Part shown: positions 1-9,329 of the stretch, one piece after another
How the letters are laid out: each line of letters begins with the position of its first letter
Numbering within the stretch: position 1 is the first letter of the stretch
Assembly (NCBI GenBank): GCA_038127595.1
Contig: JAYPIC010000028.1
Location: forward strand, 957-22,389
Reading direction: 5' to 3'
DNA length: 21,433 nucleotides
Origin: a bacterium
GTDB taxonomy: Bacteria > Fidelibacterota > Marinisomatia > Marinisomatales > UBA1611
Translations under genes and position numbers: made by a program
Notes under the pieces: model-generated
The model's input: only the letters and a program-made list of their open reading frames with translations
Told to the model about the DNA's origin: nothing
Databases searched by the model: none

Positions 1-2
1 GG

Positions 3-671
3 TTAGAACTTTATGATCTTAATACGGACATATCAGAATCAAAAGACGTCTCAAAACAATTCCCTGAGATCGTCAAAGAGCTAGAAAAAATAGCTGAGAA
101 AGCAAGGCTTGCGCTTGGAGATAAGCTTACCAACAGAGTTGGTGCTGAATCTTACGAAACGCTATGTGGATCTAAACCACCTGCAATAGAATTCAGCCAT
201 TTTGGATTAGAAAGTAGTATAGAACTTGAAAACAAACCTCACAACAAGTACTCAGGTGAAAATATCAGTGCCTTAATTAATGGAATAGGTGGAAGTATAA
301 ATTACCGCGATCCATCATGGCAAGGTTTTGAAGGAAAGGATCTCATAGCAACTATAGATCTTGGTAAAGAACAAAACATAAACCATGTAAAGGTACGATT
401 TCTTCAAGATCAAGTGGTTTGGATTTTTTTGCCTAAAATGGTTCAAATTGAACACTCTATTGATGGAATCAATTTTGAATTAGCATATGAATTTTATCCT
501 GATAATAGTTTTAGCTATGATCAAGATATTTTCGAATACAGCGTCGCATTAAACAATATCAAATCTAGATATGTTCGTGTAAAAGGTTTAAATATTAATG
601 AATGCCCAGAATTCCACCCTGGCGCTGGTGGGCCGTCTTGGGTTTTCGCAGATGAGATAATAATTAAATGA
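3..671 (+). CDS. Partial (5'-truncated) sulfatase-family protein: arylsulfatase C-terminal segment followed by an F5/8 type C (discoidin/CBM32-like) domain
   Basis: The frame of ORF 414..671 is open back to nt 3. It reads LELYDLNTDISESKDVSKQFPEIVKELEKIAEKARLALGD (typical sulfatase tail LYDL..D..E..V...PE.V..L), then WQGFEGKDLIATIDLG...FLQDQVVWIFLP...SIDGINF...HPGAGGPSWVFADEI (discoidin-like). The TGA stop overlaps the next ATG (ATGA, 668-671). Confidence 0.75.
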   Translation, partial: LELYDLNTDISESKDVSKQFPEIVKELEKIAEKARLALGDKLTNRVGAESYETLCGSKPPAIEFSHFGLESSIELENKPHNKYSGENISALINGIGGSINYRDPSWQGFEGKDLIATIDLGKEQNINHVKVRFLQDQVVWIFLPKMVQIEHSIDGINFELAYEFYPDNSFSYDQDIFEYSVALNNIKSRYVRVKGLNINECPEFHPGAGGPSWVFADEIIIK

Positions 672-1858
672 ATTTCTTTTTTATTTTTGCAACTATAATT
701 CTTATAACAATGCATGGAGTAGTTGGTTTAAGAATCATCCCGTTTTTGAATCTAAACAATAACGTCAAAATCATAACGTGGTGTGTTATTGCTGTGCTAG
801 GTGCTTTACCTATCATCCCAATTATTTTGAGGTCAAAAGGCTATGAAGAAAAATTTGTAGACTGGTTTTCATGGGCGGGTTATATAAGTTTAGGATTTTT
901 TGCTCTAACATTCCTTGCTGTAATTACAAAAGACCTTGTGTATTTAGCATTAGGATTAATTTCAAAATTCTCATCTGGATATTCACAAGAAACAATAGAC
1001 CCACAAAGAAGAGAATTCATTCAAAAGCTATTGAGTATTGGAATCATTACAACTACTGGTGCCTCGACTCTTAAGGGTTTATATAATGCACGTAAAGGTC
1101 CTACAATAATGAGGGAAAATGTTGCTTTAAATAACCTTCATAAGGATATGAGCGGGCTTAAAATTGCTCAAATATCTGACCTTCATGTAGGGCCAACTAT
1201 AAAAAAAGGATACGTTGAGAGTGTTGTAAGTGAAGTAAATGAACTAAATCCAGATATCATAGCCATTACTGGCGATATGGTCGATGGTTCAGTCAATTAC
1301 CTTGCTCCGCATGTAGAACCCTTAAAAGACTTACACGCAAATATTGGGACATTTTTTGTAACAGGTAATCACGAATATTATTCTGGGGTTGACCGATGGC
1401 TAGAGAAAACAGATCAATTAGGATTTACAAATTTATTAGATAGTCATGAAATAATAAAAAAAGGATATGGTGAGATAACCTTAGGGGGAGTAACTGATTA
1501 TAGAAGTAGTACAATAAAGTCTAGTCATAAGAGTGACGCAAAACTAGCATTCGATAACGCTCCAGAAAACATCCCTAAAATATTGTTAGCTCACCAACCG
1601 TGGAGTATTTATAATGCACACGAGGCAGGCGCAGACCTCCAATTATCAGGTCATACTCATGGCGGACAATTTTGGCCATTTGTATATCCTGTTCGGTGGG
1701 CAAACCCATACACAGCTGGATTACATGATCATGACGGTACTTTAATCTATGTGAATCGAGGAACTGGATATTGGGGACCACCTTTAAGGCTTGGCGTAGA
1801 ATCAGAAATCACTTTAATTACTTTGGATACAAAAAAACAAAATAGTCTATCATCATAA
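668..1858 (+). CDS. Membrane-anchored calcineurin-like metallophosphoesterase (YkuE/YaeI family)
   Basis: All five motifs are present: SDLH, TGDMVD, GNHEYY, LAHQP, SGHTHGGQ; C-terminal YVNRGTGYWGPPLRLG. N-terminal hydrophobic helices. Confidence 0.92.
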   Translation: MNFFFIFATIILITMHGVVGLRIIPFLNLNNNVKIITWCVIAVLGALPIIPIILRSKGYEEKFVDWFSWAGYISLGFFALTFLAVITKDLVYLALGLISKFSSGYSQETIDPQRREFIQKLLSIGIITTTGASTLKGLYNARKGPTIMRENVALNNLHKDMSGLKIAQISDLHVGPTIKKGYVESVVSEVNELNPDIIAITGDMVDGSVNYLAPHVEPLKDLHANIGTFFVTGNHEYYSGVDRWLEKTDQLGFTNLLDSHEIIKKGYGEITLGGVTDYRSSTIKSSHKSDAKLAFDNAPENIPKILLAHQPWSIYNAHEAGADLQLSGHTHGGQFWPFVYPVRWANPYTAGLHDHDGTLIYVNRGTGYWGPPLRLGVESEITLITLDTKKQNSLSS

Positions 1859-1884
1859 TTTCCTTTTGTAAATTACAAGCCCTT

Positions 1885-3090
1885 ATGATGAAAAATTTTA
1901 TAAAAAATTGTGCAGTTTTATTAATAATTGTCAATTTATTTTATGCCCAGCAACTATCAAAAAAAATGGGTAGCCATGTAAATGGTGAGCGTTATAAGGG
2001 TTCATACAAGAATGGGTTAAAAGATGGATTTGGTGAATGGATACATCCTGATGGGGACAATTATCGAGGAAAATTCAAAGCGGGAATAAAAAGAGGAAAA
2101 GGGGTTTATACTTTCGAAAATGGAGATAAATATAAAGGATATTTCAAAAGAGATAAAAAACATGGGCTGGGATCATATATCTATAGTAATGGTGAAATAT
2201 TTAATGGCGAGTTTAAAAACAATATAAGAGATGGCAAGGGCTATGTTGTTTTTCGAGGCGATACAACTAAATCAGGAGTTTGGCTTGCTGACAAGTTCAT
2301 AAAAAAAGAAAGACTTAAAAATGTAAAAAGGCATTTAGAAGCAACCTATCCAAAATATAAAAAAACAAAGACAAAACCAGAATTAGCTATTTTGTCTAGT
2401 AAACTATTCATAAACAATGGAAGCGACACTTTAGAAACAAATGATATGGCTGAGCTGATTATCGAGCTGGAAAATACAGGAGGAGGTAATGCTCAAGGAA
2501 TTGAAATATTTCTAGAACTAAGTAATTATTCAGGTGGCTTAGATATAAGCGAAACAAAAATCATTCACAAGCTCATTCCTGGAGCTATTAAAAAGATAAA
2601 AACTGAAATTTCTGCAACTGATATGATGATATCAGAAAAGATTTCAATCTCAGCTTATATTACGGAACATTATGGAAATGACCTGTACGCTCCACAAATA
2701 ATTTCTTTAAACACAAAATCATTGACGAGTCCTGATCTTGTTTTATCTGATATTAATATCAATGATCAAAATAACAAGAATGGTTTAATAGAGCCCGCTG
2801 AGGTCATCAAAGCGACAATGTATGTCAAAAATAACGGCCAGCAAGTTGCTAAAGACGTTAGCTTAGAAGTACTATTTGGAGATTTTGTTTTCAATACAGG
2901 AAAATCTAGTTTCAACCTTGGAAATATTAAAAAAGATCAGAAGAAAAAAGTTCAATTCTCTTTCTTTGCGATGAGTGAAGCTGAAAAAGAATTACCCATC
3001 AGTTTTGAAATCAAAGAATCAAGAAGTAAGTTTGATCAGATAGTCCCCTCTGGATTAGACCTGAATAGAAATAATAAAGTCCAAAATTAA
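1885..3090 (+). CDS. Secreted MORN-repeat protein with two CARDB/Ig-like domains
   Basis: Signal-peptide-like N-terminus (MKNFIKNCAVLLIIVNLFYA). Four-plus 23-aa MORN repeats. Two CARDB-like units (IELENTGGGNAQGI; NGLIEPAEVIKATMYVKNNGQQVAKDV). Confidence 0.8.
   Translation: MMKNFIKNCAVLLIIVNLFYAQQLSKKMGSHVNGERYKGSYKNGLKDGFGEWIHPDGDNYRGKFKAGIKRGKGVYTFENGDKYKGYFKRDKKHGLGSYIYSNGEIFNGEFKNNIRDGKGYVVFRGDTTKSGVWLADKFIKKERLKNVKRHLEATYPKYKKTKTKPELAILSSKLFINNGSDTLETNDMAELIIELENTGGGNAQGIEIFLELSNYSGGLDISETKIIHKLIPGAIKKIKTEISATDMMISEKISISAYITEHYGNDLYAPQIISLNTKSLTSPDLVLSDININDQNNKNGLIEPAEVIKATMYVKNNGQQVAKDVSLEVLFGDFVFNTGKSSFNLGNIKKDQKKKVQFSFFAMSEAEKELPISFEIKESRSKFDQIVPSGLDLNRNNKVQN
1981..2298 (+). repeat. 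MORN repeat array (4 full 69-nt units plus one partial) within the CDS
   Basis: NGERYKGSYKNGLKDGFGEWIHP / DGDNYRGKFKAGIKRGKGVYTFE / NGDKYKGYFKRDKKHGLGSYIYS / NGEIFNGEFKNNIRDGKGYVVFR / GDTTKSGVWLADKF. Confidence 0.88.
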
Positions 3091-3177
3091 ACGATATCTT
3101 TTTCGTAATATCAAATCGATTTTACGATCTACATCAATAATCATATTCAACATTTGTTTAAAATTAGGAGCTCAATT

Positions 3178-3429
3178 ATGAATACATATACAAAGGGATT
3201 TGTATCAGGTTTTTTTCTTTGTCTTTCAATTATAATACTAATTGGTGCAACCAAGCCCAATAACCCTCACGAACAAAAAGAAATAATAAAAAAACTAGAA
3301 AACATAGAGCAAAAAATTGACTTTAATTATAATGTTCTAAACAAACACTTAGTGAGAATAATGGCTTATGGAGTTAAAGTAAAAGAGGGTGAAATCGATA
3401 AAGTAAGAAATTCGGTCAACTGTAACTAA
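3178..3429 (+). CDS. Small hypothetical protein with an N-terminal signal/TM helix and a short coiled coil
   Basis: AGGAG (3166-3170) lies 7 nt before ATG 3178, favouring this start over TTG 3154. Hydrophobic GFVSGFFLCLSIIILIGA, then heptad-like IIKKLENIEQKIDFNY. Confidence 0.7.
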   Translation: MNTYTKGFVSGFFLCLSIIILIGATKPNNPHEQKEIIKKLENIEQKIDFNYNVLNKHLVRIMAYGVKVKEGEIDKVRNSVNCN

Positions 3430-3458
3430 TTTAATAATAATTAATAAAAGAGGGGAAT

Positions 3459-3839
3459 ATGGCAGATAAGCATAATCATCTATTAGAACTAGTCATGTTT
3501 GACATAGCATATGTTATATCAAATTGTGATTATGAATATTCATCAGATGAAAAAAAATATCTTAATGTGATTTTAGATAGATATAGCGACGATGATAAAG
3601 AACTTTTAAAACTTAGAACTCAGTTCTTAGATAGTATTTTAGAAAAAGGAATCGAAGAAGTAAAAAGCTTTGTAGTTAACCTTAGTAAATCTCTTAAAAG
3701 TAAAATAGATGATAATATGAAAGAAGCATACCTTGAACTATTTAAGGAAGTTATTATGTTAGATAAAAACGTACATGAAAATGAACGTATTTTGTATAGA
3801 CTTTTATGCGAACAATGGGATCATAAAAGTGACATCTAG
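3459..3839 (+). CDS. Stand-alone TerB-like (tellurite resistance fold) protein
   Basis: GAGGGG RBS upstream. Two acidic D-x6-E motifs as in TerB: NCDYEYSSDEKKYL and MLDKNVHENERILY. Acidic 126-aa protein that looks helical. Confidence 0.65.
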   Translation: MADKHNHLLELVMFDIAYVISNCDYEYSSDEKKYLNVILDRYSDDDKELLKLRTQFLDSILEKGIEEVKSFVVNLSKSLKSKIDDNMKEAYLELFKEVIMLDKNVHENERILYRLLCEQWDHKSDI

Positions 3840-3852
3840 TTGTTAGCTAAAT

Positions 3853-6267
3853 TTAATCACCCTTATTTTTAACATATTTTTCAAGCCACTGATCTTGCTC
3901 CCAGAGCATATGTAAAATACTTTCTTTAGCCCTGTAACCATGACTCTCTTTCGGGAGCATTACTAATCTAGCTGTAGCTCCCAGGCCTTTCAGTGCATTA
4001 AAGTACCTCTCAGACTGTAGGGGATATGTACCAGAATTATTATCTGAATCGCCATGAATTATAAGCATAGGTGTTTTCATTTTATCTGCATGCATAAATG
4101 GTGACATGTTATAGTAAACATCAGGAGCCTCCCAATAATTTCTTTCTTCGCTTTGAAAGCCAAATGGCGTCAAAGTTCTATTATATGCTCCGCTCCTAGC
4201 TATCCCAGCAGCAAAAAAATTTGAGTGAGATAATAAATTTGCCACCATAAATGCACCATAGCTATGGCCTCCAATAGCTATTTTATTTTTATCAATGTAA
4301 CCAAAACTATTTATTTTTTCAATTGCAGCTTTTGCATTACTTAAAAGTTGATTTCTAAAATCATCATTTGGTTCATCTTGACCCTCCCCTACAATGGGAA
4401 AAGAAACATCATCTAAAATGGCATATCCCCTAGTAACCCAATAAACTGGAGATCCTGCATATAGATAAGTAAACTGATTCGGATTTTTTGTTGTTTGTGA
4501 TGCACTTGATTTATCTTTGTATTCTCTTGGATAGGCCCACATTAAAAGCGGTAGTTTCTTCTTATTATTAAAATCATATCCCTCAGGCAAGTATAAAGTA
4601 GCAGAAAGCTCTAGCCCATCTTGCCTATTATACTTTATTACTTCTTTATGAACATTCTCAAGACTTTTGAATGGATTTGAAAAAAAGGTCATCTGATCAA
4701 GCTCCCCATTTAATTCTCTAAAATAATAATTAGGATACTCGCTTGGCGACTCAATTCGAACAAATAGCTGCTTACTTTCTGGTGAAAAATCTCTTATAGA
4801 TTCTTTCTTATTTTGAATATTTGATTTATAGATTCTATTTTTTTTTAATGTGCTCACATTCAATTCATCTATAAATGGGAACTGACCTTTTGTGGTATAT
4901 CCGTCTCCAATCAGGTAGGTCTTGTTGCCTCTTAATGATAATATATTTTCCCCGTACTCATTCCTCTCCTGAACAAAACTCCCTGGATCGTTGTATCTAT
5001 CTTGATAGTTTCTATCTGATATAACAATCGATTCAGCATTGGGGTCTGAAGGATTAAAAAGATATGTTTTAAGATTACGATTGTTCCACCAATAATCAGA
5101 AGCTAGAGCTAAAGTATCATTACACCAATTAGATCTATAAAATCTATTTTTTGTTTTCAATAGTGATATTGGTTCTGATTTAAATGGAGCATCAAGTTGA
5201 AAAAGCTCATCTCTAAACTCGACATCTTTTTGAGGGTCTCCATTATCTAAAGCATTTACAAAACACATCGAAGCAGGTTTATCTGATCTCCATGAAAAAT
5301 TTCTAGGGCCGCTTCTGACAGCCATACGTCCTTTAGGTAGCTCCTCAATTAGAGGAACCTCTGCTAAGACCTTTACCTCTACACCACTTAATGAGAATAA
5401 AGTATGATCTGATGGAAACCGATAATAAGGCACTAAATATGAAAAAGGCTTTTTTATAGTTGAGACTAAAATGAATTCACCATTTGGAGAAAAACTAATA
5501 TTCCTATACATGTCTTTTTTCTTCCACCTTCTTTTACTGCCATTAATGGATACTTTATAAAGCTCTGACATTGAAAGTATTTCAAAATTATCCTCATCAT
5601 TTTTACTTTTCAATAAATCTTGATATGTACGGTTCTGAGCTTTTGCCCCATCGTTTGTGGAAATTCTTGGACCAGTAGGTACTAGCTCTTCACTTAATTT
5701 TATACTTTCAATGTCTGAAGGAACAAACTTCACAAGCAAAGACCGACTATCTTTATACCAACTAAATACACTTCCTAAATTTGCATTAAGTCTTGGCCCT
5801 ACGATTTTCTTTATTTTTGCTTTTTTTAGATCTAAAACCCATAGCTCAACCCCTTCTTTAGTAGTGTTTGTCATTGCTATCATATTTTGATCTGGAGACC
5901 ATTTAATATTTGATATCTGTGGGTTTTTAGGAAGACCTTTAACGTTTATTATATTTGAATCTTCATCGCTAATTAATGATATTTTTAAATTGCTATAATA
6001 ACTAATCCTACTCCCAATGTTCTTTTTTGGATTAATTCTTAAACCTGCAAGCCTGAGTTCCTTTTCAGATAATTGCTCAATAGTTTTATAATTATCTCGG
6101 TATAAATAAACCATATATTCTTTTTTTTCATCTATCAATACTCTTGGAGGCAAGGCGACATCAACTAGCTCAAGAATCTTCTCTGGAGGAGATTGATAGG
6201 ATAAGTCTTCTTGTGCGTTTAAATAGAAAAAGAGTAAAATGAAAAAGATGAGGTTTTTATATCTCAT
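3853..6267 (-). CDS. Secreted S9-family serine peptidase (glutamyl endopeptidase/CGEP-like, S9D)
   Basis: Signal peptide MRYKNLIFFILLFFYLNA. Nucleophile GGHSYGAFMVANLL; GIARSGAYNRTLTPFGFQSEER; catalytic D (DNNSGT) and H (ESHGY). Confidence 0.9.
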   Translation of the reverse strand: MRYKNLIFFILLFFYLNAQEDLSYQSPPEKILELVDVALPPRVLIDEKKEYMVYLYRDNYKTIEQLSEKELRLAGLRINPKKNIGSRISYYSNLKISLISDEDSNIINVKGLPKNPQISNIKWSPDQNMIAMTNTTKEGVELWVLDLKKAKIKKIVGPRLNANLGSVFSWYKDSRSLLVKFVPSDIESIKLSEELVPTGPRISTNDGAKAQNRTYQDLLKSKNDEDNFEILSMSELYKVSINGSKRRWKKKDMYRNISFSPNGEFILVSTIKKPFSYLVPYYRFPSDHTLFSLSGVEVKVLAEVPLIEELPKGRMAVRSGPRNFSWRSDKPASMCFVNALDNGDPQKDVEFRDELFQLDAPFKSEPISLLKTKNRFYRSNWCNDTLALASDYWWNNRNLKTYLFNPSDPNAESIVISDRNYQDRYNDPGSFVQERNEYGENILSLRGNKTYLIGDGYTTKGQFPFIDELNVSTLKKNRIYKSNIQNKKESIRDFSPESKQLFVRIESPSEYPNYYFRELNGELDQMTFFSNPFKSLENVHKEVIKYNRQDGLELSATLYLPEGYDFNNKKKLPLLMWAYPREYKDKSSASQTTKNPNQFTYLYAGSPVYWVTRGYAILDDVSFPIVGEGQDEPNDDFRNQLLSNAKAAIEKINSFGYIDKNKIAIGGHSYGAFMVANLLSHSNFFAAGIARSGAYNRTLTPFGFQSEERNYWEAPDVYYNMSPFMHADKMKTPMLIIHGDSDNNSGTYPLQSERYFNALKGLGATARLVMLPKESHGYRAKESILHMLWEQDQWLEKYVKNKGD

Positions 6268-6276
6268 TATGAAAGA

Positions 6277-7155
6277 CTATTTAAAAATTTTAGGGAATAA
6301 AACAGGTGTGCTCTCTTTATATTTTTTATAATCTTCTTGACTACCCCAAGTCTCATCTGCATGCCTCTCTAGAATCGGAATACCGGAAACTTTTGTTAAG
6401 AGCCAAAATACAAATATTGGTGAAATAAGACTGAAATATTGATATCCTTGTAGTGCAGGAAAAGCAATAATAGTTATACCAAGCCACAATACTATCTCCC
6501 CAAAATAATTTGGATGCCTTGATAAAGACCAAAGACCTGAGTTAATAAAAGAGTCTGGGTTTTGAACTTTAAACTTTCTTTTTTGATAATCCGATATTGA
6601 TTCAAATAAAAATCCAAAAATCCATAAAGCACACCCAATGTAAAAATATGCTCCGGGATCAATAATATTTCGAGAACATATCGCAGTTATACCTGATACA
6701 GATGTAAGAAAAACCCACATCCCTTGCATGGTCCATGTTCTTAAAAAAAGTGGGAAAGATGTTTTCCATTCTTTAAACCGTCTATCTTCCCTATCTTTCA
6801 ATATTCTAAGAAAAAGGTAACTTCCCAGCCGCAATGCCCATATTAAGATAAATACCGTAATAGCGATGGATCTCAAATCAAATTCATTACCTAAAAACTG
6901 ATTTTTATTATAGAAGGCTATCAATGCTACTGTTATAAATGTTAAGCTCCCTGTTAAATCATAAAATCGCTCTGTCGACCAATAATAGGACGGGATAAAA
7001 ACTAACCATTGAATGATAAAAGTCACACCTATGCATAAAAATAGTACAGGGAAAGAACCTGAAATCAAACTCCCTTGAGCACTAGCTAAAGCGAACAAAA
7101 TACATATACATGTGGAAATTATAATTGTTGCGTATGCTTGTAATGTCTCTTTCAT
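6277..7155 (-). CDS. DUF1295 / steroid 5-alpha-reductase-like membrane protein
   Basis: Multiple TM helices; motifs YDLTGS, DRRF, SDYQK, GLWSLSRHPNYFGE, SGIPILE. Confidence 0.9.
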   Translation of the reverse strand: MKETLQAYATIIISTCICILFALASAQGSLISGSFPVLFLCIGVTFIIQWLVFIPSYYWSTERFYDLTGSLTFITVALIAFYNKNQFLGNEFDLRSIAITVFILIWALRLGSYLFLRILKDREDRRFKEWKTSFPLFLRTWTMQGMWVFLTSVSGITAICSRNIIDPGAYFYIGCALWIFGFLFESISDYQKRKFKVQNPDSFINSGLWSLSRHPNYFGEIVLWLGITIIAFPALQGYQYFSLISPIFVFWLLTKVSGIPILERHADETWGSQEDYKKYKESTPVLFPKIFK

Positions 7156-7170
7156 GATATTTGACCGGGT

Positions 7171-9312
7171 TTAACTTTTTTTACCAGCAAGATCCAATAA
7201 AAAAGCATATTCTAAAGCAACTTCTTTATAAATCCTAAATCGCCCTGATTTACCACCATGCCCTGCATCCATATTCATATAAATATATAATTTGTTATCG
7301 CCCTGCCAATGATCTCTTAATTTGGCAACATATTTCAATGGCTCCCAATATTGCACTTGAGAATCAAAAAATCCTGATGTGACTAAAATATTAGGAAATG
7401 TTTTATCTTCAATTTGATCATATGGAGAATAAGACAACATATAATCATAGTATTCTTTTTCTCTGGGGTCACCCCATTCATCCCACTCATTAGATGTAAG
7501 AGGTATTGATGGATCTAGCATTGTGGTAACGACATCAACAAAAGGAACTGCTGAGATTGCGCCTTTCCAAAGATCTGGCTCCATATTAATTACTGCGCTG
7601 ATCAAAAGGCCTCCAGCACTCCCTCCTGAACAAAATAATTGATCTGGACTGGTATACATTTCATTGACCAAGTGTTTACCAGCATCGATGAAATCATAAA
7701 AAGTATTTTTCTTTTTTAATAGCTTCCCATCCTCATATGACTTGCGACCGAATATTTGACTCCCTCTAACATTTGTTAAAGCATAAATGAAACCTCTATC
7801 TAATAAACTTAATCTAGTAGAGCTGAAATATGGGTCTGAAGTGGAACCGTATGAACCATATGAGTAGAGTAAAAGTGGCTGAGGCTTATTACCTCTCATA
7901 TCTTTACGAAATACTAGATAAATTGGTATTTTTTCACCATCTCTCGCTGTAGCATATATAGTCTCTGCATCATATAAGCTTTTGTCGTACCCTTTGCCAA
8001 TTACCTCCGTTTGCTTCAGAAGAGTCTTTTCTTTTGTTTCCATATTATAATCATAAACAGAAGAAGGTGTTAGCATTGAAGAATAGCCATATCGTAAAAT
8101 ATTGGTATCATATTCCTCATTTGTAGAGATATAAGCAGAATAAGTTTTTTCTTCAAAATCAATGTAACTATCAGCTCCAGAAGACATATTCTTTATTCTA
8201 ATTGCTCGGAGTCCATCTTTCCTTTCACTTAAGACTAAATAATCCTTGAATATTTCTAGCCCTAAAAGGTGAACTTCATCACGATGAGGTATTACCTCCT
8301 CCCAATTTGATAACTCAGTTTTATTTACTTTTGTACGCATTAAACGGTTATTTGGAGAGTTTTTATTTGATATTATATAAAAATAATCCTCATAATGCTG
8401 TATATCGTATTCATGTTTTTTGCCCCGAGGCGAAAAATTTTTAAACTCACCATCTGGTTCATTGGCATTTAGAATATGATAATCACTAACTAGAGTACTA
8501 CTGTTATATATGATAATATATTGCCCTGATTTAGACCTGTAAACTCCATTATAATAGGTTTCATCTTTCTCATGATATACTAATTGATCTTGGTCAGAAT
8601 GAGTTCCAAGTTTATGCCTATATATTTTTTCTCCTAGAAGTGTGACTTTATTTTTAGAAGTGTAAAAAACAGTTTTATTATCATTAGCCCAAGCAACACC
8701 ACCTGTAGTATTTGAAATTGTACGTTCTAAATTTTCTCCAGAAATTAAATTCTTAAAATGTACTTTATAAAATCTACGGCTTAAGGTATCTACACCGTAT
8801 GCAAGCCACTTATTGTCAGGACTAATGGACATGCCACCTATGGCAAAGTAATCATGCCCCTCAGCTAAAACATTCACATCAAGAATGATCTCTTCATTAT
8901 TATCTAAATTTTTATATTTTCTGCAATATATAGGGTATTCCTTTTTGTCTTCATATCTAACATAATAATAATACCCATTTTCTAAGTATGGTACAGACTG
9001 ATCATCTTTTTTAATTCGTCCGACCATCTCATTATATAAAGTTTTTTGCAGCGGTTTTGTATGCTTTAAACTCTTATTTAGATATTCTGTTTCATCATCA
9101 ATATAATTAATAACATCCTGGGTCTGTGAATCATATTTTTTTGCTGATTTTTGTTCATCTGTTAAGCGCATCCAATAATAATTATCAGTCCTAACATGGC
9201 CATGCGTTTTGATATCCTTAGGAATCTTTTTTACATCAGGGGGAATAGATTTATTTGAACATGAGGCCATGATTATGATTATCAGTGATATGTATAATTT
9301 AAATGTCTGCAA
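7171..9312 (-). CDS. ptrB: Oligopeptidase B (protease II, S9A), probably a lipoprotein
   Basis: HGHVRTDNYYWMR, YSYGSYG, GGSAGGLL (Ser), VPFVDVVTTMLD, DSQVQYWEP (Asp), AGHGGKSGRF (His). Start reassigned to TTG 9312 because the track ORF runs into the tRNA. This gives MQTFKLYISLIIIIMAS-C, a lipobox-like signal. Confidence 0.9.
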   Translation of the reverse strand: MQTFKLYISLIIIIMASCSNKSIPPDVKKIPKDIKTHGHVRTDNYYWMRLTDEQKSAKKYDSQTQDVINYIDDETEYLNKSLKHTKPLQKTLYNEMVGRIKKDDQSVPYLENGYYYYVRYEDKKEYPIYCRKYKNLDNNEEIILDVNVLAEGHDYFAIGGMSISPDNKWLAYGVDTLSRRFYKVHFKNLISGENLERTISNTTGGVAWANDNKTVFYTSKNKVTLLGEKIYRHKLGTHSDQDQLVYHEKDETYYNGVYRSKSGQYIIIYNSSTLVSDYHILNANEPDGEFKNFSPRGKKHEYDIQHYEDYFYIISNKNSPNNRLMRTKVNKTELSNWEEVIPHRDEVHLLGLEIFKDYLVLSERKDGLRAIRIKNMSSGADSYIDFEEKTYSAYISTNEEYDTNILRYGYSSMLTPSSVYDYNMETKEKTLLKQTEVIGKGYDKSLYDAETIYATARDGEKIPIYLVFRKDMRGNKPQPLLLYSYGSYGSTSDPYFSSTRLSLLDRGFIYALTNVRGSQIFGRKSYEDGKLLKKKNTFYDFIDAGKHLVNEMYTSPDQLFCSGGSAGGLLISAVINMEPDLWKGAISAVPFVDVVTTMLDPSIPLTSNEWDEWGDPREKEYYDYMLSYSPYDQIEDKTFPNILVTSGFFDSQVQYWEPLKYVAKLRDHWQGDNKLYIYMNMDAGHGGKSGRFRIYKEVALEYAFLLDLAGKKS

Positions 9313-9329
9313 ATGAGCAAATAAAAAAG

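Noticed and set aside
521..1781. Short ORFs 521..715(-), 871..1074(+) and 1575..1781(-)
   Set aside because: They overlap well-supported genes in other frames or strands and have no motifs; shadow ORFs.
1981..2298. Periodic DNA similarity that could suggest a CRISPR or tandem repeat array
   Set aside because: Explained by protein-level MORN repeats; no identical repeats with unique spacers.
3459..3839. Tellurite-resistance or anti-phage ter operon
   Set aside because: Only one divergent TerB-like gene is present; no terA/C/D/Z or defence-associated neighbours.
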